From Rhizaria sp. SCN 62-66 (lineage: Eukaryota), in NCBI GenBank assembly GCA_001724265.1, contig MEDY01000060.1:1-64000 (forward strand): a stretch of DNA of 64,000 nt. Direction: 5' to 3'. This document shows, piece after piece, positions 48,001-59,536 of this stretch (position 1 is the first letter of the stretch; the number at the start of each line of letters is the position of its first letter). A program made the position numbers and the translations under genes. The notes under the pieces were generated by a model. It was not told the DNA's origin, did not search any database, and worked only from the letters and a program-made list of their open reading frames with translations.

Positions 48001-49712
48001 ATGACGGCGACGCGCCGACGCGGTTAACCGTTGCATACCTCTCACGGCTCTCTGTCGGCGAGAAAGACATGGCCAAAAACGCCCTAGCGCTGTGGGAGGC
48101 CGTCCTGTGCACGCGCCCCATCCGCGCTGCCCTCGCAGCACCGGCGTTCGAAGCCGGTGCAAGCGCTGGAGTCGGTGCCGCGTTGTCCGCGCCCACGGTC
48201 ACGACGCGTGCCCCGACCACCGCGGCCGCTGTCGTCGCCGCCACCGCGACGAGCGCGAATGCGGGGGAAGGCGGGATTGACGCTCTGGCGGTGCTGCCCA
48301 CGGTCATCTTGGACCATGGTATGGTCGACAAGGTCACCGACGGGGTTCACCACAACTACCTATTCGTCCCGGCCACGGACCCGGATTTGGCCCGTTTAGC
48401 GGGCGCGGCAGAGGCACTAGCGTGGGTCGACTCCCTTGGTCCTTCTTGGGCCGACTACCAGCCCTATGCACTGCTTGGCGTCCGCATTGCGCTTAATTGC
48501 CCGCGCAAGACAGCGTTAGAGTTCCCCAAACCGGCCTCCCTGTGGCGCCAACGCCGTGTGGACGCCGTTTTAGACGCGTTCTTCGCTGCCGACGGGCCCT
48601 GGGCCGCCCGCGCGCTGCCGCGCCGGGACGGACCGCTGTATCTCTTCTCTTTGCTGCAAGACATCCTCGCGCCTGCGCTCGGCGGCAGCGGCGGCAGCAG
48701 CGGCGGCGGCGGTGGCGCACTTCATCTCATGGCCGCCACAGAGCGCGCAGCAGTCGCCGCTCTCGTCGCGAAAATGTTAGCCGCCGGCTTAACTTTCACG
48801 CGCGCGCCGTTGTCCTTCGCTGCGGCGTCAGCTGCGGGCCCATCGATGGTGTTAAGTCCTGATTTAGCGTCGGTGACCACGTACTACTACTCCCGTGACC
48901 ACGCGTTCTATGGGTACACTGGCGGCGGCCTCGGTGGACGACTGCGCTACGGCACGCGCCCGCCTCCAACCATCTTCGACGCCTACCGCGGGCTGCCGGG
49001 GCTCAACCCGGCTCTCGTCAGCTCGCGCGCGCTCGACGCCGCGGGCGGCGCGTTTGCAGGCGCGGGCGCCGAGGCAGGGACGCTGTCGGCGGTGGCGCCC
49101 AAGAGGCGTGAGCTACCGTCGCAGTTGAAGCAGACGCTGGCGCGAGAGGTTGAGTTTGAGCGCATTCGGCGCGAAGACGCCCGCAGGCGTGAGGCGGCTG
49201 CGGCGGCGGCGGAGGAGGAGGCCCGGTACAGCGGCAGCGGCGGCGCGCGCGGCGGGCAGCAGTGGCAGCGCATGCATGACTTCGACGACGACGGCGACGA
49301 CGACACTAATAACGAGGAAGAAGAGGATGACGGCGATGAGGGGGGCAATCAGAGCAGGAAGGGTAAGGCTAAGGCCGTCGCTGAGGCTAAGGCCAAGGCC
49401 GCCACTAACGCCGCTGCTGCGGCGACGGCTGCTGAGACTGCTGAAAAGGCTGCGGCGGCCGCTGCGGCCCCGCCAGCGAAGCCCCGCGCGGCCCCGGTCG
49501 AAATGCGGTCCTTCTTCCAACGCATCCCCCGCGCGCCCCGCGCTTCCACTACTGGCGCCGGCTCTGGTGCTGATGGGAAGACGGCGGGTGGTGAGGATGA
49601 GAGCAAACAGAGCGTAAGCGGGGCAGCGCACCCACCGCTGAGCTATGTGTTCTTGGAAGGGTTCTCGAATGCGGTGAAGCGGCCGGTCAAGATGAGCGGG
49701 CTTTTTGGCTGA
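45099..49712 (+). CDS. CTF18: Chromosome transmission fidelity factor 18 (RFC-like AAA+ clamp loader). The likely start at 45099 requires reading through a TAG at 45120-45122; alternative start near 46140
   Basis: LLVDKYSPQRYIELLS..NRDVVTWLKQWD, GPPGAGKTTLAH, EVNASDDRS, LDEIDG, RPIICICND and the C-terminal EGFSNAVKRPV. Confidence 0.92.
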
Positions 49713-50170
49713 GAGCAGCGTAACGCAGCGCAAATATAGGTAGACGCCAAATCAAATCTAGCATGACGGTAGTGCCATTAGCACACCCGCAGGGAATCAC
49801 CCTGCGCGCGCTGTAACGCCTGTCCCAATGACGCGCTGATAACATAAGTGTCTTATTTCAATTTGTTCCATACATGGTCAAGGACGGCCAGATTTATCAA
49901 TACTATACACAGTTCATTTCGTTGTACACCTGGCTTTGATTAATTACACAAGTTGTATTCAGCAAACTATATAAACATAAACAGAACCATTGGCTCTTCA
50001 CAACGAGGCTTCTTACTGTTTCAAAGAGGCTTCATATAAACGCGGTGTTTCGCGGTAGAATTCAAATCAATCAAACAGAAAAAAAATTACTCTCACATAC
50101 AGTACTACGTATCAACTAAATAAACGTAACCCTCTTTCACTCACTCGAGCATGCTAATGCATTCGCTTTC

Positions 50171-50534
50171 TCACTCAAGCATGCTCATGAGTTTCGCGAA
50201 GCAGGCGACGAACCCAACCACAAGCAGCACAACTCCTACCGCGAACAGGACTCCCGAAGCGTCCACACAGTCCTCACAGTACCCGACGCGACTCCGGCCG
50301 ACGTACCGCCGCTTCTTCGCGTTCCCGCGCGCCGCCGGCGACGTGTAGTAGACTTCCTGAGGCGGGAGGCCAAGCGTGCCTGAGGAGGCTGCGAGAGACG
50401 CCGCGTCGCTGCTGCCGGGGGCGCCGGTGACCGCGCCGCCAACCGAGCCCAGTGCACCGAGGGCGGAGGCGCCGACACCGATGGCCGCCGGCTGCTGCGG
50501 CTGGGGCTGCGGCTGTAACTGAGGATAGTATTGT

Positions 50535-50573
<39 letters not shown>

Positions 50574-51139
50574 AGCGGGGAGTAGGGTTGTTGTGGGAGT
50601 AGTTGTGCTTGCTGCTGCTGGAGCGCGGAGACGAGGGGAACGCCGTGGGAGTCGTACGCAGGCCGCGCGGAGGCCGGCGCGGAGGAAGCTGCGGTTGCTG
50701 TTGTCATGTCGCCACTGTTGTTGTATGGGTATCCACGGGCGCGAGGGAACTGTTGCGAGTAGCCTGTGTAAACTGGGGCGGCAGAGGGGTATGGCGCGGG
50801 CGCCAGCGGCTGGGCGAGCAGAGGCACGTGCTCAACGCTGGTCTGCTGCTGCTGCTGTTGTTGTGTGAAGGCAGGGTTTGATGCAGAGGTAGCGGTAGCA
50901 GACGCTGGATACGACTGCTGCTGTTGCTGGGAAGACGTGGCGCCGCCGTTGTAGTAGGAGACGTGCAGAGGACCGTGCGACGGAGACGGCGGCGCGGCGG
51001 GGCCCATCACACGCGCAGACTGGGACGGATTGTTAGCGGGCGCGAACAGAGGCAAGGCGCCCGCGGCAGAGCGCTGGGAGCGGCTGGAGTCGAGTGGCTG
51101 GCTGTTTGGGAGAATCTCCTGCGGCTCGAAGGAGCTCAT
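50171..51139 (-). CDS. Uncharacterised Gln/Pro-rich protein with a C-terminal transmembrane anchor
   Basis: 322-aa ORF with poly-Q tracts and the terminal hydrophobic segment GVLFAVGVVLLVVGFVACFA. Confidence 0.6.
50521..50575 (-). repeat. Mixed CAG/CAA trinucleotide tract encoding poly-Gln
   Basis: (tgt/tgc)n run on the + strand inside the 50171-51139 ORF. Confidence 0.8.
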
Positions 51140-51438
51140 TATTGGCTCTATTCAGGATATTAAAAGAAATAAATACATGAAATGCAAGGTTAGTGCACAT
51201 AGTTGAAATCTGGTGTCACCGCTCGGATCAAGACCTCGTTTCGGTTGATTCAAAATTGCCTATCTCGACCGCACCCAAACTCGTTTCCAAGTTGAGCAAG
51301 TGCCAACTTTGACACTGCAAAAGTCGTTTATATATCCGATTTAGGCACATATAATAGCACTTACCTTAATTGACACACGAGCTCATTGACAATCTTTGTT
51401 TAAATACTCTTCAACACTCGGTCTAACACTCCCAGGCA

Positions 51439-53328
51439 ATGTTTGCGCGCACCACCCGCGCTGTGGCCCGCGCAGCTGGCCGCGGGGGCCGCGTCTTCGC
51501 CTCGTCCGCGGCAACAGCCACCGCTTCCGCGCCTATCTCCGACGTCGAGCTTGCGTCGGCCCGCCAACTCTTGTCCGGCTCCATCTCAGCCGCTGCGGCC
51601 GCGCTGTCGGCCGGCACAACCAGCGCAGCTGCTCTGACCGAGGCGTGTCTCTCGCAAATCGAGCTCACGCGTGCCTGCAACGCCTACACAGCCGTGCTCC
51701 CGTCATCCGCGCGCGCCGAGGCCGCCGCGTCTGACGCCCGCCGCCGCGCCGGCGCGAGCCTGGGCCCTTTGGATGGCATCCCCATTGCCGTTAAGGACAA
51801 CTTCTGCGTTCTCGGCGCTCCTTCAACCGCTGCTTCGCGCATTCTGGAGGGTTTCGTTGCGCCCTATGACGCCACTGTCGTCGCCCGGCTGCGGCGTGCG
51901 GGCGCGGTGGTGCTGGGCAAGACCAACATGGACGAGTTTGGCATGGGTTCGCACACGACCAACACCCCCCACGGGCCCGCGCGCGCCCCCCTGCCCCCCT
52001 CCTCGGTCCCCCACTCGAACGGCAACAACAACTCACACAGCTCGAGTGCTGCGGTCGCGCCGAGTGCGGCTGCGTGGCCGCTCTCCGCGGGCGGCAGCTC
52101 CGGCGGCAGCGCGGCGGCTGTGGCGTCGCTCACCTGCTTCGCTGCGCTGGGCTCCGACACGGGCGGCTCCGTCCGTCTCCCCGCATCCTACACGGGCACG
52201 GTGGGGCTGAAGCCGACGTATGGGCTGCTGTCGCGGTGGGGACTCATCGCGTACGCGTCGTCGCTCGACTGCCCTGGTGTTATTGCGCGCTCAGGCGCGG
52301 ACGCCACGGCCGTGCTGGATGTGATTCAGGGCGCTGACGAGCTCGACTCCACGTGTCTCTTCACACTCACCGAGAATAACAATAACAACAACAACAAAAC
52401 CCCGTTGACTGCGAGCGCGAGCGCGAGTGCGAGCAATGGGAGCTGTGGGGTTATGACAGAGAAGACGAGTGGGATGCAAGGCTTGCGCGTGGGTCTCCCT
52501 CGCGAGGTCATGTTCCCGGAGCTGCCGGCACCCGTCGCACGTGCATGGGACGCCGCCGCCCGCGCGCTGTCGGCCGAAGGTGCTGAGCTCGTGACCGTTA
52601 GCATCCCGGCTCTCGCGTCGACGCTGGCGACGTACTACACGCTCGCGCCCGCCGAGGCCGTGAGTAACTTAAGCCGCTATGATGGGGTCCGATATGGACC
52701 GAGCACGGCCCCCACTCTCCCGGACCGCAGGAGTCACGGTGGTAGCAACGCCCAGTCGTCTGCACACTCTGCCGTGCCCAATGCCGCTGTGGGCTCGCCG
52801 TTGCAGCAGCTGTACACGGCCAACCGGAGCGCTTTTTTCGGTCCCGAAGTGCGTCGCCGCGTGTTACTGGGCAATTTCGTGCTCTCGTCATCTCGTTACA
52901 GCGCGTATGTTGGCACTGCAACGCGGTTACGTGGCGCGCTCCAGAGCCAGCTCACCGCACTGCTCCGCACGTCACGCATCTCGCAGCCACTCACGCGTCC
53001 CACAAGTGCCGCGCGCACCGCGAGTACCGGTGATGCGGGTGTGGTGGATATGCTGCTGCTGCCGACGGCGACGAGCGGCGCGCCCGAGCTGGCACAGCTG
53101 GCGGCGCGCGCGCGTGCGGATCCCCTCGCCGACGTCCTCGATGACCTGATGACTGTGGGCGCCTCGCTGGCCGGGCTGCCGGCCGTGTCCGCGCCCGCGG
53201 GCGCTGATGAGCAGGGCCGGCCGCTGGGTGTGCAGCTGGTGGGGCCGGCGCTGTCGGAGCGCGCGCTCTTAGCCGCTGCGGATGTCGTGGCGCAGTCCGC
53301 TGCCGCCAAGAACGCCGTCGTGGGCTGA
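51439..53328 (+). CDS. QRSL1: Glutamyl-tRNA(Gln) amidotransferase subunit A, mitochondrial (amidase signature)
   Basis: GIPIAVKDN, GKTNMDEFGMGS, GGSSGGSAAAV, GSDTGGSVRLPA, GLKPTYG, EAVSNLSRYDGVRYG and FGPEVRRRVLLG. Arg/Ala/Ser-rich presequence. Confidence 0.93.
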   Translation: MFARTTRAVARAAGRGGRVFASSAATATASAPISDVELASARQLLSGSISAAAAALSAGTTSAAALTEACLSQIELTRACNAYTAVLPSSARAEAAASDARRRAGASLGPLDGIPIAVKDNFCVLGAPSTAASRILEGFVAPYDATVVARLRRAGAVVLGKTNMDEFGMGSHTTNTPHGPARAPLPPSSVPHSNGNNNSHSSSAAVAPSAAAWPLSAGGSSGGSAAAVASLTCFAALGSDTGGSVRLPASYTGTVGLKPTYGLLSRWGLIAYASSLDCPGVIARSGADATAVLDVIQGADELDSTCLFTLTENNNNNNNKTPLTASASASASNGSCGVMTEKTSGMQGLRVGLPREVMFPELPAPVARAWDAAARALSAEGAELVTVSIPALASTLATYYTLAPAEAVSNLSRYDGVRYGPSTAPTLPDRRSHGGSNAQSSAHSAVPNAAVGSPLQQLYTANRSAFFGPEVRRRVLLGNFVLSSSRYSAYVGTATRLRGALQSQLTALLRTSRISQPLTRPTSAARTASTGDAGVVDMLLLPTATSGAPELAQLAARARADPLADVLDDLMTVGASLAGLPAVSAPAGADEQGRPLGVQLVGPALSERALLAAADVVAQSAAAKNAVVG

Positions 53329-53982
53329 GAATGTGGTTCTATCTATCAAGCTTATTTATTGTTTATTTGGGGTAAATCAACGTTAGATCTATATAATGCG
53401 GCTATTCGTATAAGGCCATTCAAAATAAACGTGTTCCAAAGAGATCTCGTGCACAAATGTCATGTTATAAAATTGCCACCACAAGCCCTATTTCGGATTA
53501 CTCAAGCAGGGTGCAAGTGAAACGGACGAATGGCAAGCTAAAAACCCAAGTTCGATGCTACAAACCTCGTCAGTATAGCGATCTGGTGATGTTTTTGAGA
53601 TCAACCAGAAGAACCCTCTATTATATATCTATAGTATACGCGATGCCATCAGTTTAAATTGTGTATTTCGCGGGTAAACAACGAGACCTTGGAGAACGTT
53701 AAGATCCTCGCGTGCTTGCTTCTTTCTTGGGTTTCACGACATCTCAATCTTCCTCTACGGATGATCGGGGCTATTATGACACAAACATATGTCTAACTAT
53801 GAAAATATCTTGACGGCTTGTACAATGTCGCTAGATTACGCGAGATATTCGTGTAGATATCTAGCCGTGCCGAGAGTGCACGTTTGAGCGTCACCCAAAA
53901 AAATCTCTGCAGAATCAACGCTTCAACAACCTCACCGTTCCCTCACCTCGTCATGCCTTTCCCTGCCCAGCTCATCTACACA

Positions 53983-55398
53983 ATGATGCGCAAGACACTT
54001 GCCCATCTCGCCGCCAAGTCGTCATCCTCGTCCGCTGCACTGCTCGCCCGCGCGCTGCCCCGCGCCTCCTTCGCCTCCCCCGCGTCCGCCCCCGCCGCCG
54101 CCGCCGTTGCTGCCGCCTCCGCGACTCTCCCCGCGACTCCCCCGCACGTCTCGGCGACCGTGCAGGGCGAGCGCTACGCACAGTATCTTGACTGCGCGAG
54201 CGCGACCGTGGGCATGGTGCTCGAATCCCCTTTCGAGCTCACTTTCCGCAACGCCGACCGCGTCGCCCACCAGGCCATGTTCTACGAGTTCAACCGCGTG
54301 CACTCCTCCGCGCCCTTCGCCAAGTCGCTTGGCTTTGCGGACATCCCCATGCCCGGCTCGCTGCTGCTCGCGCACGCCGGTGCCATGTCCCACGTCGACA
54401 CGTCGCGCGAAGTCTGGGACCTCGGCTTCAAGAACGCCGTGTACGTGCGCCCTGTGATGGCTGGCGATACGCTGACCAAGAGCTTCTGCATCCAGTCGCT
54501 GCGCAACACGACCAAGGGCGACGGCACGATTATGTCGATCAAGTGCGAGCTCTTTAACCAGTTCGGCAAGCTCGTTTTCACGCTTGACAAGCAGATGCTC
54601 TTCAAGGACGTGACCAACCCGTTCGCCATCACTGCCGCCGTCGCCGCCGCCAACGCCGCCGCGGCCGCCGCTGCCGCCGCCGCGCCCGTCCCGGCGTCTT
54701 CTCTCAGCGCAACAACAGCAGCCGCTGGCGGCAGTGGCGCTAACGTCCCCGTGCGCCGCTCCCTCGTGGCGTCGTCTGTTGTCCGTGAGACGATCCTTGA
54801 GAACGCGCAAGCGCTGACCTTCCCCGCCACGCGCCCGCTCGTCCCGCGCCAGTGCTTGCTCCACGTGCCCGTCGTTCCCCTGGGCACGTCTCGCCACCTC
54901 GAGTTCTGCACTCGCCACCGTCTGTCGCATCCGCTCCACGTGAACCTCGCTACCCACGCCCCGCAAGACCTCGTTCTGCCTGGTATGGCGGTGGTTAACC
55001 TTGTCCACGCCGCGACGAACCGATCGCTGTACGAGGTCCTCCACGAGACGACGCTGCGGTGCGATTTCCTCGACCGTGTTGCCCCCACGGACGCGGTGGG
55101 CGCTGTGACCTTCATCGAGGGCATCACAGAGGTCCCCGGTGGCGCCGCGGGGCGCGTGTCCGGCCTCGCTGACGTCCGCGCCGTCACGCTGGGCGTCAAG
55201 AACATCGACGTGTGCCGCGAGCTTGCCGGGGCAGAGCTGCCGACGGAGCTGTTCACGCGGGAGATGCGCGCAGAGGAACTCGATGCGTTCCTCGCGGAGA
55301 AGGTGCCCGCGCTCCGGGGCAAGGTCGTCCTGCGGTCGGTCCGCTCGCTGCTTCGTCAGTCGCTGTATGCGCGCGCGGAGCAGATCCCGCTTCTGTGA
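53983..55398 (+). CDS. Double hot-dog (MaoC-type) hydratase, similar to mesaconyl-CoA hydratase, with a mitochondrial-type presequence
   Basis: SSAPFAKSLGF, DLGFKNAVYVRPVMAGDTL and ELFNQFGKLV. A second hot-dog unit contains HPLHVN and VAPTDAVGA. ATG at 53983. Confidence 0.72.
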   Translation: MMRKTLAHLAAKSSSSSAALLARALPRASFASPASAPAAAAVAAASATLPATPPHVSATVQGERYAQYLDCASATVGMVLESPFELTFRNADRVAHQAMFYEFNRVHSSAPFAKSLGFADIPMPGSLLLAHAGAMSHVDTSREVWDLGFKNAVYVRPVMAGDTLTKSFCIQSLRNTTKGDGTIMSIKCELFNQFGKLVFTLDKQMLFKDVTNPFAITAAVAAANAAAAAAAAAAPVPASSLSATTAAAGGSGANVPVRRSLVASSVVRETILENAQALTFPATRPLVPRQCLLHVPVVPLGTSRHLEFCTRHRLSHPLHVNLATHAPQDLVLPGMAVVNLVHAATNRSLYEVLHETTLRCDFLDRVAPTDAVGAVTFIEGITEVPGGAAGRVSGLADVRAVTLGVKNIDVCRELAGAELPTELFTREMRAEELDAFLAEKVPALRGKVVLRSVRSLLRQSLYARAEQIPLL

Positions 55399-56158
55399 GC
55401 GAAGCGCATCGAACGCGGAAACGCACAAAGGAACAGATGCTGTGTACGCGCGCGCGGAGCAGAGCAGAGCAGAGCATAGCCCGCTCCTGTGAGCGTAGAG
55501 TAGATGCGCAAACGCCGATGTTGGGGTGAGCTGGTGATGATGGGAAAAGGCTGAGTAGTGCGCGGTGGGCGTGCTGTCTTGTTTTATATGGAGCACTGTT
55601 TATGCTGAGAGATTGAACTGTTGTTGATATAAGTATTGTTACTTCTGCTGACAAAAATGAAAACGAATAAGAATACTATGTACAGCTTATGTATGTGTGA
55701 TATAAGAAGAAATTATTGTTATTACTACAAATATTACCAAAAAAGAAAACAACAAACCAAACGAAAGTGCACACCACGCAACATAAAAGAGAATACATTT
55801 CACAAACTAGTAATCCAGGATTACTTTTCTTTTCCTATTACGAGAGTATTGTTATTGCGAGACAGTGTAGTACATTTACTCAAAGAAGAATAAGAATAAG
55901 AGAAACAGAAGAGGAGTGAGTGTCAGCCAAACAAAGTGCACAAAAGAAGCAATTGTTACGACTGTTCGTTTGTGACGAGTGACAAGATTACTGCTATTGG
56001 TTTGTGACGTCGCAACGAAAGAGATATGAGATCCTGGCCGAGTCACAACATATGCTCCATGAGTTCATGATCGCGACTGCACAATACGTAAGCCTTTTCT
56101 TTAGTATTAAACAGTCGCTGTTGTTCATTGCGAACTGTGGTTAACCGTTTTAAAGTGT

Positions 56159-57646
56159 TCAGTGGCCGTGATTAAAGAAGCCGAGGACGTCCTTGATGAG
56201 GATCTGCCAGCCCACCATGACAACAACTTCGACAACGATGAGATAGATGATGATATACTCAAGTTTCTCACTGTGCGCAACCTCAAGCTGGTCCGCAACC
56301 ATGTCAAACAGCTCCTTGAGGATACCAAGACGCTTGTTGAGTAGACCAACACGCTTACCGAGCTCTAAGTACTTAAACAGCTTCTCGTACACGTGCTTAT
56401 ACCGGTCTTGCTCCCAGAAGAACTCGGGATCGTCGAGGATATCAGCGTGCAGGTTCACGTTGTTGCGCTCGATGAAGAGCTTGCCGATCTTCTTGGCCAT
56501 CTCGTTGCGCGTGAGACCGATCGAACCCGTCTTGGCCAGAGCTTCGGGAAGCTCCTTGCTCTTCTCAATCTCCTGGTCAATGCGCTCCTCAAACACGTTC
56601 AGCTTGACGCACTGCGCCATTGCAAAGGCGACCGAGAGCTTCTCCAGCGATGCGTCACCGGCGAGCATGACCGTGTCGTTGGACACGTGCGAGTGCGATC
56701 CGTACACATACTCCATGTGTTCCACGCCAGCCTTGCGTTCGCGCGCCGTCAACGGGTCCTCTTCGAAGCGTGCCAGCATGGCCACCAGCTCAGCCTCCTC
56801 GGCGGGGGTGCAGTTAAAGCAGGCGAGGCAGCCGTACTCAAACACGAAGGCGTGCTTTTGCATCGACAGCGCTTCGGTGCGGATCTTGATCTGGACGACA
56901 TCTGAGCCGAAGAATGTGAGCGAAACGCGTGACAACTCGAGAACTTGCTGCAGCGAGCGGGGCGCACCGCTCTCGTCGCCCGCGTCAACGTGAGAGACCC
57001 CAGAGCCCACACCACCAGCACCGGCACCGGCGGCAGCGGCCGCAGCGGCGGCGGCGGCGGCGGTGAGGTCTGAGGCGCTGGCACGGGTGGAGCGCACCGA
57101 CGGAAGCGACTGTTGCGCAAGATTCGAGGACGCGCGGGAAATGGCAGGCACAGGCGCGGCGGTGACGGCGGAGCGCGCGCGCGTGGTCATGAAATGGTAG
57201 AGCTTGGCGAGGTGGTACGTATCGCACGTGCAGTAGGCGGCGACGCGGTAGCGGGTCTCTTCCTCTTGTTCTTCACTGTCGGAGACGTCGGCGTCGGCGT
57301 GGCGCAGCGGGAGGCCCTCGGACTGCTGCTGCTGGATGCGTTGGGCGCGGCGCGAGCGGCGCGCGCGCTTGCGGTACTTCTGCATAGGCGCGACCGCGGT
57401 GGAAGCGTGCAGCCCTTCGTGAAGCCCCTCCGCGTGCGACTGAGCGAAGGAACCGTCAGAATGGTCGCCGCCGTCGCCGTCCGTGTGGTCGCCCAGGTGC
57501 ACCGACGTCTCACCGGGAGCGGTGTCATCGCTGCGCAGGACGGCCACCTTGGAGGACGCTTGCTGGGCCTGGGCGTGGCCCGAATGAGCGTGGATACTCT
57601 GACTCAGTGCGTCGTCGGCCAGCAGGGATTGCTTCTTGTCCGACAT
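56159..57646 (-). CDS. RMD1: RMD1/DUF155-family protein
   Basis: VAAYCTCDTY, FVFEYG, EKLSVAFAMAQCVKLNVFE, VNLHADILDDPEFFW, YLELGKRVGLLNKRL and KLEYIIIYLIVVE. Confidence 0.9.
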   Translation of the reverse strand: MSDKKQSLLADDALSQSIHAHSGHAQAQQASSKVAVLRSDDTAPGETSVHLGDHTDGDGGDHSDGSFAQSHAEGLHEGLHASTAVAPMQKYRKRARRSRRAQRIQQQQSEGLPLRHADADVSDSEEQEEETRYRVAAYCTCDTYHLAKLYHFMTTRARSAVTAAPVPAISRASSNLAQQSLPSVRSTRASASDLTAAAAAAAAAAAGAGAGGVGSGVSHVDAGDESGAPRSLQQVLELSRVSLTFFGSDVVQIKIRTEALSMQKHAFVFEYGCLACFNCTPAEEAELVAMLARFEEDPLTARERKAGVEHMEYVYGSHSHVSNDTVMLAGDASLEKLSVAFAMAQCVKLNVFEERIDQEIEKSKELPEALAKTGSIGLTRNEMAKKIGKLFIERNNVNLHADILDDPEFFWEQDRYKHVYEKLFKYLELGKRVGLLNKRLGILKELFDMVADQLEVAHSEKLEYIIIYLIVVEVVVMVGWQILIKDVLGFFNHGH

Positions 57647-58279
57647 CTGGAGAAGGCCGCAGCAGTGTCAGAGTCAAAAGAGGCAATAATGCAACAGAAA
57701 TAATAATGGTTATACGGAAATTTTGGTGAGCATGTGTGCATAGAGCTTCCTTATGGCACAGACCCAACTCAAAAAAGATTTACAGGCGGGCCTCCGTGTA
57801 CCTCGAGGCGACGCGGTTGACAAAAGTCTTAAACTGTACCCCATAGGCATCGACAGATAGTCCAGAGAACACACATGTCATTTTCTACTTGAAGAACCAC
57901 CGAGCCGTCTTCGTGCAAGGTTTATATCCAGTCCACACACGCCCTGCAATTATCTCGAAAGCGCCGCTCGTGCTTGGGCGACGCGTCAAACCGTTTTCTG
58001 GGAGGTTCGCAAAAATTCGTGGCCAGCATCCTCACCCAACCGAAACCAGTCGAACAAGATCGCACTGTGCTCTTCCAAATGTCCGATGTTGATGATATGA
58101 CTGAAATATCCAACGTATTTTTTTATTTTTATATCATATTTGATTAACAATGCCTCTGTGCTGCGCTATACCGTTGTGTCTCTGTCTTGCTGATCGCTCT
58201 CTGCTCACTCCACACGCCTCTTGATTGCCTCTTCTTTCGTGCGTGCCTCCTCCATTTGCCCCCGCCTTGCTTATACAGC

Positions 58280-59536
58280 ATGAGTTCCCAGGAGTCCCAC
58301 TTTACGGGCACTGCGTTTACGCTGTTTGACTTCAACTCAACCGCGTCTTCGTCCTCCACAACCGCGGTGAGCGCGACGTCCGTGCAGACCGTGCTCGTGC
58401 AAGGCAAGGTCGCCGCCGCCATCGCCGCTGAGAAGGACGCTCTGGCGCACCTCGACGCGCTCTCAGACCAGATCCTCGCCCACTACAGCGCCGACGCCCC
58501 CGAGTTATCTAAAACCACTGCCTTCGCGTTCCCCGAGCTGCCCGCGAAGCTCGCCGAGCCCGCGACCGCGGATCCTGTCGCCATGCTGGCCGCCGACTAC
58601 GCGCGCGTCTGCGCCGCCAACGCCGAGCTGGTGGCAACCACGCGCGGGCTGCAACAGATGAACGCCGAGCTGGCCATTTACGCCCAGCGCTTGCTCGCGC
58701 AGCTGGCGAAGTTCACCCCCACTGCCCCCGCGCCGCCGCTGCCGCTGCTCAAGGCCGCCGCTGCCGGCACCGCTGCTTTCGCCTCCGCCTCCACGGCAAA
58801 CGCGGTCAACGCCGCCGTCCGCGCCCCCGGCGGCAAGCGTACCACTGCTGCGACGGCGACACAGGCGCTGGAGGACGATGCCCTGCCCTTTATCCCTGCG
58901 GCGTTTGTCCCTCTGCTGCGCGCTGCGCCCGGTGGGGCGTTTGACGACGCGTGCGGTGTCTGCTGTGAGATCCGCGCACTGACCGCCGTGCCGCTCCCCG
59001 CCGGCCCCATCTGCCCGCCTACATCCGCCGCCAGCGCCAGCGCTTCCACTGCGACCGCACATGCGACTACGACGGCCGCGTTGCTGGACGACACACTTCT
59101 CGCACGCGCCGTCCTCCCCGGATCTTTCGGCGCCGCCGGTGGCGCTGCCGCTGCCGGCGACGGTGGCGACGGAGCGACTGACCCGGCGGACCCGGCGGCG
59201 GCGCCCGCGGTCGTGGCGGCCGCGGCGGCGCGCGCGGCCCGCGCCTGGGCCGCTGCAGAGGCCGCCCACACCGACAGCGTCCGCGCCCACGACCGCGCCG
59301 CCTCCTCAGACTCTACTACCGCAGCCACCGGCGAGTCTGCTGCGACAGGGACTGGCGCTGAGGCTGCTGGTGACGGCGAGGACGAGGACGGGGAGGCGGC
59401 TCAGAGTGGCGGGAAGAAGAGTGGTTGGGGCGCGACGTCGATGCGCGTGGCGTTGTGGGCGGTTCTCATGTCTGCGGTCGCCGCGGATGTGCTGCTGCGA
59501 GAGCGCGCGCTCAAGCTCGAGTATTTCCACACGTAA
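58280..59536 (+). CDS. Uncharacterised Ala-rich protein with a short coiled coil and a C-terminal hydrophobic anchor
   Basis: GC-rich ORF. ATG at 58280 follows a pyrimidine tract and CAG. C-terminal VALWAVLMSAVAADVLL. Confidence 0.6.
   Translation: MSSQESHFTGTAFTLFDFNSTASSSSTTAVSATSVQTVLVQGKVAAAIAAEKDALAHLDALSDQILAHYSADAPELSKTTAFAFPELPAKLAEPATADPVAMLAADYARVCAANAELVATTRGLQQMNAELAIYAQRLLAQLAKFTPTAPAPPLPLLKAAAAGTAAFASASTANAVNAAVRAPGGKRTTAATATQALEDDALPFIPAAFVPLLRAAPGGAFDDACGVCCEIRALTAVPLPAGPICPPTSAASASASTATAHATTTAALLDDTLLARAVLPGSFGAAGGAAAAGDGGDGATDPADPAAAPAVVAAAAARAARAWAAAEAAHTDSVRAHDRAASSDSTTAATGESAATGTGAEAAGDGEDEDGEAAQSGGKKSGWGATSMRVALWAVLMSAVAADVLLRERALKLEYFHT

Noticed and set aside
51439-53328. 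GatA as part of a UAG=Gln decoding system
   Set aside because: It is the ordinary organellar Glu-tRNA(Gln) amidotransferase subunit with a targeting peptide. Nothing links it to cytosolic UAG decoding.
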